DNA from: a virus
Length of the DNA: 64,000 nucleotides
Virus record (IMG/VR): IMGVR_UViG_3300020048_000029
Span: 32,001 to 96,000 of that record
Reading direction: 5' to 3' (one strand)
Positions 38,401-47,094 of this stretch are shown piece after piece. Under the pieces are notes generated by a model, which did no database searches, was not told the origin of the DNA, and saw nothing but the letters and a program-made list of their open reading frames with translations. The first letter of the stretch is position 1, and each line of letters opens with the position of its first letter. A program made the position numbers and the translations under genes.

Positions 38401-39472
38401 AAGTATCCTCCATATTAACGTTCTTAAGCCCTGGCTTGGCTGTCGCTAACATGTCCATATACTTCTTACCTTTGACCTTATCAATACTCATCAAGTAACT
38501 GCACCAGCCACGAAGTTTCATAAGTCTTTCAACTGTCAATTTCTCAGGATGTTTCACTACAGCGTGGTGAACCATTGCCCTGAACATTTTCATTTGATAC
38601 TTTGAAACTGATAGCTTATCATTCACAACAACCCCGCAAACTTCAAGTCTTGCACCGCGGTGTCTGAATCTTACCTTCTTTGGATTTACTTCAAACCCGT
38701 ATGCCCAAAGCATTGATTTAGCCTTTGGAACAACGATGTTTGCAAGCTCTGAAGAAGACATTCCATACACCTCATTTTCATCTGTCACACCTCCATGAGA
38801 GAACGAAAGGTCGTCTGCATATCTGGTGTAATTGATTTCTCTTTCTTTACACCATTTCGCAACGCGATCATCAAATCCTCTCATGATGATATTTGCAAGA
38901 ATCGGAGATGTTGGGAACCCTTGTGGAGTGTAACCCTTGTACGTCACAAGGTTCACAATCTTTGAAAGGAACGGATCATAATCGGATTTTTCGCAGAAGT
39001 CAGGAATCAACATAGCCTTGATCTCTGGGCAGACTCCGATATATTCACCGGACTGATTCTTGTACAGGGATGGACTACATTTACCGGCCTTCATACTACT
39101 GTGCATCGTACATGCTTTGCACACCTTCTTGTTTCCAAGGAGACAGTTTTTCAGGTGATCCTCATTGATCGAATCAAAGAAGTCCTTCACATCGATCGTT
39201 CCAAGAGATCTTGACCGAAGGTGAGGCTTTGCATTTGTTACGATGCTTCTGTTGATCTTGAACCCGTGAGCGGCATCGTGAGTGTTGTACTTCAAAAGGA
39301 AGAAAGAGATCGATTTTAGAATTGTCTTGTATTCACCAACAGGTTCAACAATCTTTCTAAATCCACCTCTCTTCTTAGGGATTTTTATCTCCCTGACCCA
39401 CTTGCTCTGGTCCGAGATTATCCGATCCGCCAGATCCCAGTTGATGTTCAGAAGCTTTTCCTTCGTAATCAT
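38345..39472 (-). CDS. Retron-type reverse transcriptase with a Cys-rich insertion
   Basis: IPKKRGGFRKI, AAHGF, retron region X NAKPH, DVKDFFDSI, PQGFPTSP, catalytic YTRYADD, region Y-like VCGVVVN. Confidence 0.9.
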   Translation of the reverse strand: MITKEKLLNINWDLADRIISDQSKWVREIKIPKKRGGFRKIVEPVGEYKTILKSISFFLLKYNTHDAAHGFKINRSIVTNAKPHLRSRSLGTIDVKDFFDSINEDHLKNCLLGNKKVCKACTMHSSMKAGKCSPSLYKNQSGEYIGVCPEIKAMLIPDFCEKSDYDPFLSKIVNLVTYKGYTPQGFPTSPILANIIMRGFDDRVAKWCKEREINYTRYADDLSFSHGGVTDENEVYGMSSSELANIVVPKAKSMLWAYGFEVNPKKVRFRHRGARLEVCGVVVNDKLSVSKYQMKMFRAMVHHAVVKHPEKLTVERLMKLRGWCSYLMSIDKVKGKKYMDMLATAKPGLKNVNMEDTYAEEADYGWFSQGRDKLS

Positions 39473-39532
39473 TTACAGCACTCCCTCTCTCTGATCCTTG
39501 TTTAACCATCTCTTCAACTGGGTCACATTCAT
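39473..39532 (-). CDS. 19-aa coupling peptide MNVTQLKRWLNKDQREGVL
   Basis: Start overlaps the DHH stop (TGATG); its TAA directly abuts the RT ATG. Confidence 0.45.
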   Translation of the reverse strand: MNVTQLKRWLNKDQREGVL

Positions 39533-40440
39533 CAATCGCATACTTCTCCATCGATTCTCTCCAAGTTCATGATTATTGCCGACGTTACTTCAAATTCGTC
39601 AGCCTCATCGATCTTGCCTCCTGCAATACCTTTGTGGCCTCCGACACCTTTTTCTCCGATTACTGACCGCAGAACATCAACAGCGTCAACCTTGCTTTCG
39701 ATCCACGGACTAACGCTGAGTCTGACAGACAAGCTGTTGCCTTTTCCGTAAGTGTACCGAATGCAATATCGCATATTTCTGTAGATGTAGAACTCAGCGT
39801 ATCTTGCGATCGGAGCCTTGTCATGCTGGAAAATTACACCAACACCATTCATGATCGTAATGTCGTTCATCGCTGACTTCGCTGCATCGATATCATGATT
39901 AATGATCTTATCGATATCAACACCTGAAACAGCTTTTTCCACATCAAGATCATTGATTACAAGGCTGCCGACGATTGCGTTCATAAAATGTTTGTTTACA
40001 CCAGCATTCTGAGCAACCCATATCCGCAGGATGTTTATCGGATCTCTTGATTCAAACGGTTCAGAAGGAGACTTGTACGTTGCCGTGTCAACATCTCCGA
40101 TTGCTCTGATAAGGTCCTCGCTTATTACGCGGCCTTTCACAAGAGCATAAGACGCAAGGATCTGAAAGCAGCTTCTTGCATCAACGTTGAACAGGTCACC
40201 TTCGACTGGAACCGAGTTGGACTTGTGGTGGTCAAACCAAAGATCAACACCCGGAGCTCTGTCAATATCAATCGCAACAACTGTTGCACCTTTGATCTTT
40301 TTGATGAGCTTTGTATAGACCTGTCTGTCTGCAGAACGAACAGGCTGCAAGTTGAACTTACAGCCTGGATTTGATAATACAAATAGAGCGGCGCTCATGG
40401 CGCCGTCTACGTCGTTGTGGTAAAATACTTGATAGAACAA
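39532..40440 (-). CDS. DHH/DHHA1-family phosphoesterase
   Basis: YHNDVDG, IDID, FDHH and C-terminal GGHKGIAG motifs; GGAGG RBS before TTG. Confidence 0.85.
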   Translation of the reverse strand: MFYQVFYHNDVDGAMSAALFVLSNPGCKFNLQPVRSADRQVYTKLIKKIKGATVVAIDIDRAPGVDLWFDHHKSNSVPVEGDLFNVDARSCFQILASYALVKGRVISEDLIRAIGDVDTATYKSPSEPFESRDPINILRIWVAQNAGVNKHFMNAIVGSLVINDLDVEKAVSGVDIDKIINHDIDAAKSAMNDITIMNGVGVIFQHDKAPIARYAEFYIYRNMRYCIRYTYGKGNSLSVRLSVSPWIESKVDAVDVLRSVIGEKGVGGHKGIAGGKIDEADEFEVTSAIIMNLERIDGEVCD

Positions 40441-40505
40441 AATACCTCCAATAAGTTAAATGCTACCTTTCATAGTAGTTGTTCCTTAATTGGAGCTAGA
40501 ATAAC

Positions 40506-41195
40506 TTAGCTTCCGCCGTATTCGTCGAACGTAGAGTTCTTGATAGCACTGTTGAACGCTACACCTCCACCGATCGCTCCGGTGACTCCGACGCCAACAA
40601 CAGCATTCCCGAACTTTTTCTTTCGACTATCAAATTTCGCCTTCTTTGCAGCAAGAGCAGCGTCCCTCTCGGCGGCAGCAGCAGATATTTTCGCAGCCTC
40701 TCTTTGAGCAGCAGTACTGTAACCTTTTACACCAAGAGTCCCGCCTACTTCATGAAGGAGATTGTTAATGCCGCCAGTGATGCGATCATCTTTTACGGCA
40801 GCTTCTGCCGACCCTTTTACTTTATCAACTTCGTTGTAAAAGTTTTTAGCTTTTCCGAAAAGAGAGTCTCTACTGCCTTGGAGCTTTTTAAGATTGTTGT
40901 CGTGCCGAGCATATTGTTCAGTACCTTTTTCAAAAGCGTCTCTTGCTTGAGCGCGTTGACCAATAAGCTCATCGTAACGAGCGTTTCTCTTCTTGTTAGC
41001 ACCCCAAACACTTTTCACACCCTCAATCAACTCTTCTCCGGCACTTGTTTGTTTGATGTTATTGAATGTAGATTTTACGGCGTCTTTCAGATGGGCAGCA
41101 GTCTGTGTTCCACCAATGGCTTTACCGACTGCGTCGAACCCCTTTTTTGTGTATCCTTCAATAAACTGGCCCCAGCCCGCATTCTTCTCTATCAT
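40506..41195 (-). CDS. Putative virion protein with N-terminal IEKNAG motif and C-terminal Gly-rich hydrophobic segment
   Basis: MIEKNAG start after GGAAGG; divergent from 41244 across a near-palindromic TATATTTT motif. Confidence 0.6.
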   Translation of the reverse strand: MIEKNAGWGQFIEGYTKKGFDAVGKAIGGTQTAAHLKDAVKSTFNNIKQTSAGEELIEGVKSVWGANKKRNARYDELIGQRAQARDAFEKGTEQYARHDNNLKKLQGSRDSLFGKAKNFYNEVDKVKGSAEAAVKDDRITGGINNLLHEVGGTLGVKGYSTAAQREAAKISAAAAERDAALAAKKAKFDSRKKKFGNAVVGVGVTGAIGGGVAFNSAIKNSTFDEYGGS

Positions 41196-41214
41196 GTGTC
41201 CACCTTCCATTAGT

Positions 41215-41231
41215 TATATTTTAAAAATATA
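41215..41231. promoter_or_regulatory. Back-to-back copies of the candidate late-promoter motif
   Basis: TATATTTT-AAAAATATA between divergent genes. Confidence 0.45.
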
Positions 41232-41243
41232 TCTGGGAGGGAC

Positions 41244-42236
41244 ATGGTTCCGTTCAAACGTTTTATTATAGCCCATCTTTTTAGAGGTGATAGCGCACAG
41301 CAAGTTGTTGTGCGGTTAAACACGCTCGGCTACAGGGTTGTAGAAAGCGAAGTGATATCAATCTTTAGAGATGTGAAAGAACTCCTTCCAGAATCGATCA
41401 TGGACTATGTAAAGCTAGATAAGCCTGTACCTTGTGAAGCAGGGTCTGCATGGTTCAAGCATTATGACATTCTTGATTACATGGAATTTCTTGAGCTCGG
41501 AAGCCATGCTGACAGGTTCAACTCAATACTATGGCCTCACACATATAGTGAGGTTGCAGTCATAATAAACACACTTCTTTACAACAATGAAGATCACAAA
41601 GTTATATCAAGCGTTCTTGACTACAAGTACCATCACAATATGAGTCAAATTGCAATTGAGTGGTACAAGAAAATATTCTGGGAGACATACGGAATCCAGG
41701 CTCAGGAGATTCTCAAGAGATTTAAGCCTTTCGAGAACAATACACTCGTGTTGTCTGAGGAGGGCCAGGAAGAGTCTGACGACAGATCGAGCATGGCAAT
41801 AATCTTCAGAGACAACGAGTACATAAAGTGGAAGGTTGGCTACAATGTGAAGCCTCCAAAAGCTCGTGACTTCATGGACAAAGTGAAGGCTGATGCGTCG
41901 TTCATGTACGAGGAAGCCAAGACTATTGTTCAAAGCGTGAGCCGATCAATATCTCGAGGAACAGTCATAAACCCAGAGACCGGCGAGCCTATGGAGACAG
42001 AAGGGTTTAGTAAGTCATTCAAGAACCTTCGCTCTGCACAGATGTCAAACATGAAAGCCGCTGTCGATCTTTACATCAAAGCTGACCGCGCAATACCTGA
42101 AGAAAGCGACAGCTCAGAGGTCGATCGCTTCTTTGAAAGAATTGAGCAGATGAACTTAACATACGACGTTAACGAAAGAGACAAAGTTGTCTCTGGAGAA
42201 GACGCAAAAAATATTTTATCCGAACTTGTGAGGTAG
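41244..42236 (+). CDS. Hypothetical protein (possible terminase small subunit, by context only)
   Basis: 330 aa, GGGAGG RBS, upstream of the terminase. Confidence 0.5.
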   Translation: MVPFKRFIIAHLFRGDSAQQVVVRLNTLGYRVVESEVISIFRDVKELLPESIMDYVKLDKPVPCEAGSAWFKHYDILDYMEFLELGSHADRFNSILWPHTYSEVAVIINTLLYNNEDHKVISSVLDYKYHHNMSQIAIEWYKKIFWETYGIQAQEILKRFKPFENNTLVLSEEGQEESDDRSSMAIIFRDNEYIKWKVGYNVKPPKARDFMDKVKADASFMYEEAKTIVQSVSRSISRGTVINPETGEPMETEGFSKSFKNLRSAQMSNMKAAVDLYIKADRAIPEESDSSEVDRFFERIEQMNLTYDVNERDKVVSGEDAKNILSELVR

Positions 42237-42240
42237 AAAA

Positions 42241-42489
42241 ATGTATCATTCGATTGCCCTTGAGAAAATCGCTTCAAGCGGATCAGCAATGCTTCTTGCA
42301 GCTGTAGAAAAAGACCACAGTCTTATATCAAGAGCTAAAAAAATGGCTTCAGCTTCTGTAATGCGAAGATTGAAGCAGGATGGCGCCGGTGACATGGTTA
42401 ACGCTGGGAAGCGATTGACTGACATAATGGACACAAGAAACTCCATCAACCGTCTTTCAGCAAACATTTTAAATGGAACTATTAAATAG
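42241..42489 (+). CDS. Small LEKIA-leader protein
   Basis: MYHSIALEKIASS. Confidence 0.6.
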   Translation: MYHSIALEKIASSGSAMLLAAVEKDHSLISRAKKMASASVMRRLKQDGAGDMVNAGKRLTDIMDTRNSINRLSANILNGTIK

Positions 42490-42497
42490 GAGTTGTT

Positions 42498-43244
42498 ATG
42501 AATCAGTATTACGAGGCGGCGTACATTAACGCTCTTGAGAAAATTGCTGAAGATGGCGAAGGGTTCAACCCTATGCCACTTGTAGGAGTTGGTCTTGCTG
42601 GTGCAGGTGGATACGCCGCTTACAAGCACTTTAAACCAGGTGCTGCTGTACCAGTTGCTGAAGTTGCTAAAGCTGCACCTAGAATCTCAGGGAAAGCTGG
42701 AGCAATCGCTGCCGGAGTTACCGGAGTTGCAGGAATCGGAGCTATTGCTGCAAGAGCGATTATGAAGTCGAGAGCTGCATCTAAAGTAGCTACAAGAGGA
42801 ACTGCAAGACAGGACATCATGGCTACCGCAAGAAGCGGAGCGCAGGCTCCATCTGTTGTGAAGTCATTCGACGGAGCTGAACAGGTTAGAGCTGGCACAA
42901 GAGACAAGCTTGTGGCAATGGCTAAGGCAACACTTGACCAGCCTAGTGTAGTTACATCATTTGACAAAGCTCCAGTATCACAAAAGGCTGTTGAAATTGT
43001 AAAAGCAAGATCAAACGCAACTGCTCAAGCAACTGCTGCAAACAAGTCTGTCGATTACGCTAAGTACCTTCGCGGACTCCACGCTGATGGCGCTGTTGAG
43101 CCTGCAACTCTTAAGAGGTTTAGCGATGAAGCTATCGATAATGTTCGTGGATACAATGCAGCTCGAATTAGTTCTGCAAACGTAAAAGAAAGATTCCGTG
43201 GAGCGGACGCTGCACAGAGATTTGAAAATAAGATGGGAGCTTAA
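42498..43244 (+). CDS. LEKIA-leader Gly/Ala-rich putative head-packaged protein
   Basis: MNQYYEAAYINALEKIAE then two GxxxG hydrophobic segments and an internal repeat (PSVVKSFD/PSVVTSFD). Confidence 0.7.
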   Translation: MNQYYEAAYINALEKIAEDGEGFNPMPLVGVGLAGAGGYAAYKHFKPGAAVPVAEVAKAAPRISGKAGAIAAGVTGVAGIGAIAARAIMKSRAASKVATRGTARQDIMATARSGAQAPSVVKSFDGAEQVRAGTRDKLVAMAKATLDQPSVVTSFDKAPVSQKAVEIVKARSNATAQATAANKSVDYAKYLRGLHADGAVEPATLKRFSDEAIDNVRGYNAARISSANVKERFRGADAAQRFENKMGA

Positions 43245-43245
43245 A

Positions 43246-43647
43246 ATGAATCAGTATTACGAAGCTGCGTATATCAATACGCTTGAAAAAATTGCATCTG
43301 AAGGTGGAAACAACACCGCAGTAGGTCTTGGTCTTACAGGTCTTGGTCTTGCAGGCGCAGGTGCAGGAGCTTACGCTTACAATCGCAAGAAAGCCGCTAC
43401 AGTAGCACCTGAAATCGTTCAGGAAGTTGCTGAGGCTATCAAAGCGAACAAGATGGGTACCGCTGGTAAAGCCGGACTCGCTGCTGCTGGTCTTGCCGGC
43501 CTTGCAGGACTTGGGTATGCCGGAGTAAAATCAATGGGCGCAAAAGGGATGGCTGAAGCTGCTAAGATGGATGGGATTTCAAAAATCATCAAAAAAGTAG
43601 AATCTGACTTTATGTCGAAAACTCACTCGAACATTAAGCCGCATTAA
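43246..43647 (+). CDS. LEKIA-leader Gly/Ala-rich putative head-packaged protein
   Basis: MNQYYEAAYINTLEKIASE; ATG 43246 with GGAG RBS. Confidence 0.7.
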   Translation: MNQYYEAAYINTLEKIASEGGNNTAVGLGLTGLGLAGAGAGAYAYNRKKAATVAPEIVQEVAEAIKANKMGTAGKAGLAAAGLAGLAGLGYAGVKSMGAKGMAEAAKMDGISKIIKKVESDFMSKTHSNIKPH

Positions 43648-43654
43648 TCAAAAA

Positions 43655-43680
43655 CTCCCGTCAGAGTTTTCTGGCGGGAG
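43655..43680. terminator. Stable intergenic hairpin
   Basis: CTCCCGTCAGA-GTTT-TCTGGCGGGAG. Confidence 0.5.
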
Positions 43681-43697
43681 ATATATTCGGAGGAATA

Positions 43698-43919
43698 ATG
43701 AATCAGTTTTATGTTGCTGCATACGAAAGAACTATCGAAAAGATTGCTTCTGGAGAGATGACTAAAGAAGCCGGACTTCCTGAGATTACTGCAAAAGTAC
43801 TTGCAAGTGTAAGATCTCATGCGAACAAGGTTACAAGCCCAGCAAAAGAAAAGAGCCTTATTGAGATGATCGCAAGATCAGGAGATTTCATGGGGACTCT
43901 AGGTAAAAGAGGACACTAA
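43698..43919 (+). CDS. Small EKIA-leader protein
   Basis: MNQFYVAAYERTIEKIASGEMTKEAG; GGAGG RBS. Confidence 0.7.
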   Translation: MNQFYVAAYERTIEKIASGEMTKEAGLPEITAKVLASVRSHANKVTSPAKEKSLIEMIARSGDFMGTLGKRGH

Positions 43920-45608
43920 GTGAAAATTACCCCGTTCGATGTAGCTCAGTTACTTTTCTATCTCGACGGGTCTCCTCTTGAAATGCCAAGAGAGAAGATG
44001 CGACACCTCGTACCTATTTATGACGCTCCGGACAATGAGATGCTTCTCATGTTCGGTCGTCAAACTCACAAATCAACTACAGTTGGTTTCAAGCTTGTAA
44101 CACCAGGCTTGATGATTCCAAGTTACAGATCTCTTTATGTTGCTCCAACGATGCAGCAAGTTTCTGTATTCTCAACAGACAAGCTTGACGGAACCCTTAG
44201 GGAATCTCCGATCATCAAGCAGATGTTCCTAAGCAATAAAATCGCAAGCCAAGTTTTCTACAAAGAGCTTCGTAACGGTTCGAAAATCTACCTTCGATCC
44301 GCTTATAGAAACGCTGACTCAATTCGAGGTATCTCAGCTGACCAAGTCTTCTTTGACGAGGTGCAAGATATTATGCGTGACAACATCCCTGTTATCCAGC
44401 AGTGTATGGGTCACTCAATGGAGCATGGAGAAGCTCTTCGTAGAAAATTCCCGAACATCCCGGTCTCGCTGTTCAGAAGAACTTTGTACGCCGGAACCCC
44501 GAAGACAATGGAGAACACTCTTACCGGACTGTGGAACAAGAGTTCGCAGAATGAGTTCGTTGTAAAGTGCGAGTATTGCAACAAGCATAACTACATCGAT
44601 GAACAGAATATTGGTGCAACCGGAGCAATCTGTAGAGTCTGCGGGAAACCTATTTGGTACCATAATGGCCAATGGGTTGCCACAAAATTCGACATGCCTA
44701 TCAATGGATTCAGACTTCCTCAAATCATTCTTCCTTGGATCAACAATCCAAAGAGACCCGATGCTTGGAAGGTGAACGTAATCAACACTCAGATGCTTTA
44801 TAGTGTCGAGAAGTATTACAACGAAATCCTCGCTCTTCCGTATGCTAATGCTCGCCATCCAATCAATGAAGAGCACATTGTATCATGCTGTGTTCCTGAC
44901 TTGACATGTGCAAGGGAAGATACTGGGCTGGCAAGTATTGGCATTAAGCCTGGAGCGGTAACTTGCGTTGCCGGAATCGACTGGGGTAAAGGAGATACTG
45001 CATCGGGAACATCTTACTCAGTGATATCAATAGGTGCATTCATCAATGGTAAATTCACCACGATATTCATGAAAAGATACACAGGTCGCCAAAACTCAGA
45101 GGCGCTGTACCAATTGCAAGATATGATCACTTTGATCAAAAGGTTCAATTGCAAGCTTGTCATTGCCGACACCGGTGACGGAAGAACATCGAACGCTCAC
45201 CTTGTTAAAGCTCTTGGTCCACAAAGGTTCACAGAGATCTACGAGAATGGAGTTCAGAAGACTTTGATCAAATGGTCAACTGATGGTAAATATGTGATCT
45301 CAAGAACTCAGATGATGACCAATCTTTTCATGGAGATCCAGCGCCAACAAGTGAGATTCTTCAGATTTGATGAGTTCAAAAACTTCATGCCTGACTTCAC
45401 AGGTATCTACACAGAGTACAGCGATCGCACTCGATTGACTATGTACGACCATAATATCCCTGACGATGCATTTCATGCCTATATGTACTCTCGTATCGCA
45501 TCAGGTATATTAAGAGGAGAATTTGACCGAATGCTCGGTGGTGGCGAACAGTCTAACGAGCCGGAAATCGACTTTGGTAATTACAATGTAAATGAGGGGT
45601 TCTTATGA
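43920..45608 (+). CDS. terL: Terminase large subunit
   Basis: Walker A FGRQTHKST, YVAPT, IRGISAD, Walker B FFDEVQD, motif C GTPK, CEYC/CRVC Zn finger, nuclease AGIDWG and PDDAFHA. Confidence 0.88.
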   Translation: MKITPFDVAQLLFYLDGSPLEMPREKMRHLVPIYDAPDNEMLLMFGRQTHKSTTVGFKLVTPGLMIPSYRSLYVAPTMQQVSVFSTDKLDGTLRESPIIKQMFLSNKIASQVFYKELRNGSKIYLRSAYRNADSIRGISADQVFFDEVQDIMRDNIPVIQQCMGHSMEHGEALRRKFPNIPVSLFRRTLYAGTPKTMENTLTGLWNKSSQNEFVVKCEYCNKHNYIDEQNIGATGAICRVCGKPIWYHNGQWVATKFDMPINGFRLPQIILPWINNPKRPDAWKVNVINTQMLYSVEKYYNEILALPYANARHPINEEHIVSCCVPDLTCAREDTGLASIGIKPGAVTCVAGIDWGKGDTASGTSYSVISIGAFINGKFTTIFMKRYTGRQNSEALYQLQDMITLIKRFNCKLVIADTGDGRTSNAHLVKALGPQRFTEIYENGVQKTLIKWSTDGKYVISRTQMMTNLFMEIQRQQVRFFRFDEFKNFMPDFTGIYTEYSDRTRLTMYDHNIPDDAFHAYMYSRIASGILRGEFDRMLGGGEQSNEPEIDFGNYNVNEGFL

Positions 45609-46582
45609 TGTTCATAAAAGAAGCTGCAAGCAAAATACAGAAAATGCTTTCCACACTATCTATTGAAGATGTGAACAGATGGGTAAGGTCAGGAGCCGAA
45701 GGAGGGGTTAGATCTAAGTCTACTCTCGCAATAGGACAATCAAAAGGGCTGCAAGAACTGTATCGCAAACGCGGTATAAAAGTGAACCACATAGAAGGCG
45801 GAGCATTAGGGTCTCACGCGGACGCCGGCGGGATTCATATCTCACCTTCGTCAAATAAAAAAGACAGGCTTTTGAAAAACCTTATAAAATTCCATGAGGT
45901 TGATGAATTTGCAGCTTTGTCAAAAGGAGTAGAAAAAAGCCCATTTGTGACAGCGAATCCCGGTTCGATAGATTATGCGATATCAGCAATGAAGTCAGAC
46001 AAGATTCAAACAAGAACAAGAGCGGTAAGAAATGCTTACTTTAATGCTAAGTTGACAGGTGCCTCTCAAGATGATTTAAAGAGAGCTGTCTCTAAAGCTA
46101 AGTCTGATTCGAAAAAATCAATGCACCATTTGCACAATGGTAGTGGGCAAGCTTTCCTTGGGAGTGCGTCAATGTCTCACCTGAGTACAAGAGTTCTTAC
46201 AAATGAAGCAAGGAACATCAACAATATCGGGATACATGCACAGTTTAATAAGTCTGGTCTTGGGAGGATGTTTAAGAAGTCAAGGATTGATGAGTACAGT
46301 GCGATCGGGATTGATCGACCTATAACGACAAGAGCAGAGTCGGTTGCAGCATCAAAGGTTAAGCCTTATGCAGAATACTCTGGTACGAAATTCTACGGGA
46401 ACACGTATGGCGGACAATTCGGCGGAAACGAGTTGAAGACATATATCGGAAGTTCAATACCAGCCAGAATGAGTCACAATAACATTGTGAGAAACACTGC
46501 GTTTTACAAAAAGATTGATTACCCAAATCTTAGTGCAATCATAGACAAACATTACAACAAGAGACTTGTTAAAGAGGTATAA
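45605..46582 (+). CDS. Hypothetical protein, apparent paralog of 33376..34221
   Basis: Starts MMFIKEAAS; HEVDE...SH...E motif. Confidence 0.6.
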   Translation: MMFIKEAASKIQKMLSTLSIEDVNRWVRSGAEGGVRSKSTLAIGQSKGLQELYRKRGIKVNHIEGGALGSHADAGGIHISPSSNKKDRLLKNLIKFHEVDEFAALSKGVEKSPFVTANPGSIDYAISAMKSDKIQTRTRAVRNAYFNAKLTGASQDDLKRAVSKAKSDSKKSMHHLHNGSGQAFLGSASMSHLSTRVLTNEARNINNIGIHAQFNKSGLGRMFKKSRIDEYSAIGIDRPITTRAESVAASKVKPYAEYSGTKFYGNTYGGQFGGNELKTYIGSSIPARMSHNNIVRNTAFYKKIDYPNLSAIIDKHYNKRLVKEV

Positions 46583-46583
46583 A

Positions 46584-47063
46584 ATGTCACTATTTGATAA
46601 CGAAAAAGAACCGCTTCCTAGCCCTGAAGATGCGCTTCAGTCAGCTATAAACGATGCAAAGTCAGAACACTTAAGTGGTGGAAGTAGAATTGCACAAAGA
46701 AATGCTCTTACAGCAAGAACAAAGGGGATTGTAAACGTGAATAAAAACACAGAGAAAATTGCGTATGATGAGACTGGGATCAGTCCTATTGTTATGGCCG
46801 GCGGAGCTGGGCTAGTTGGGGCTGGCGGAGTCGCAGCTTACTCTAATCACATGAAGCAAAAAGCTGCTAAAGCTGCTGCGGCTGCTGAGCTACTCAAGGT
46901 TACAAGAATCAGAAATGGTGCGATCGCTGGAGTTGCATTAGGCGGAACTGCTTTGACTGCAAATGCAATTAGAAATGCTGTCAGAAACAGAGGGCCTCTT
47001 AAAGGTGTTGCTCTCGATGCTTATAACAAAGCGGTTGTCGAGAACAGAATGTACCACATTTAA
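46584..47063 (+). CDS. Gly/Ala-rich protein with internal EKIA motif
   Basis: ATG 46584 with GAGG RBS; TEKIAY followed by hydrophobic Gly-rich segments. Confidence 0.6.
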   Translation: MSLFDNEKEPLPSPEDALQSAINDAKSEHLSGGSRIAQRNALTARTKGIVNVNKNTEKIAYDETGISPIVMAGGAGLVGAGGVAAYSNHMKQKAAKAAAAAELLKVTRIRNGAIAGVALGGTALTANAIRNAVRNRGPLKGVALDAYNKAVVENRMYHI

Positions 47064-47068
47064 GATGA

Positions 47069-47094
47069 GCGGGATTTCTCCCGCCTTTATTTTT
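47069..47094 (+). terminator. Intrinsic terminator
   Basis: GCGGGA-TTTC-TCCCGC followed by CTTTATTTTT. Confidence 0.65.

Noticed and set aside
38345-39472. RT as a diversity-generating retroelement or group II intron
   Set aside because: It has PQGFPTSP and NAxxH rather than the DGR-type G...SQ motif. I saw no TR/VR repeat pair or Avd gene, no maturase/endonuclease domain and no intron domain V.
36645-41210. CRISPR-like or tandem repeat array associated with the RT
   Set aside because: Reading the flanks by eye showed no regularly spaced direct repeats; they are filled by ORFs with RBSs. A degenerate array cannot be fully excluded without a self dot-plot.
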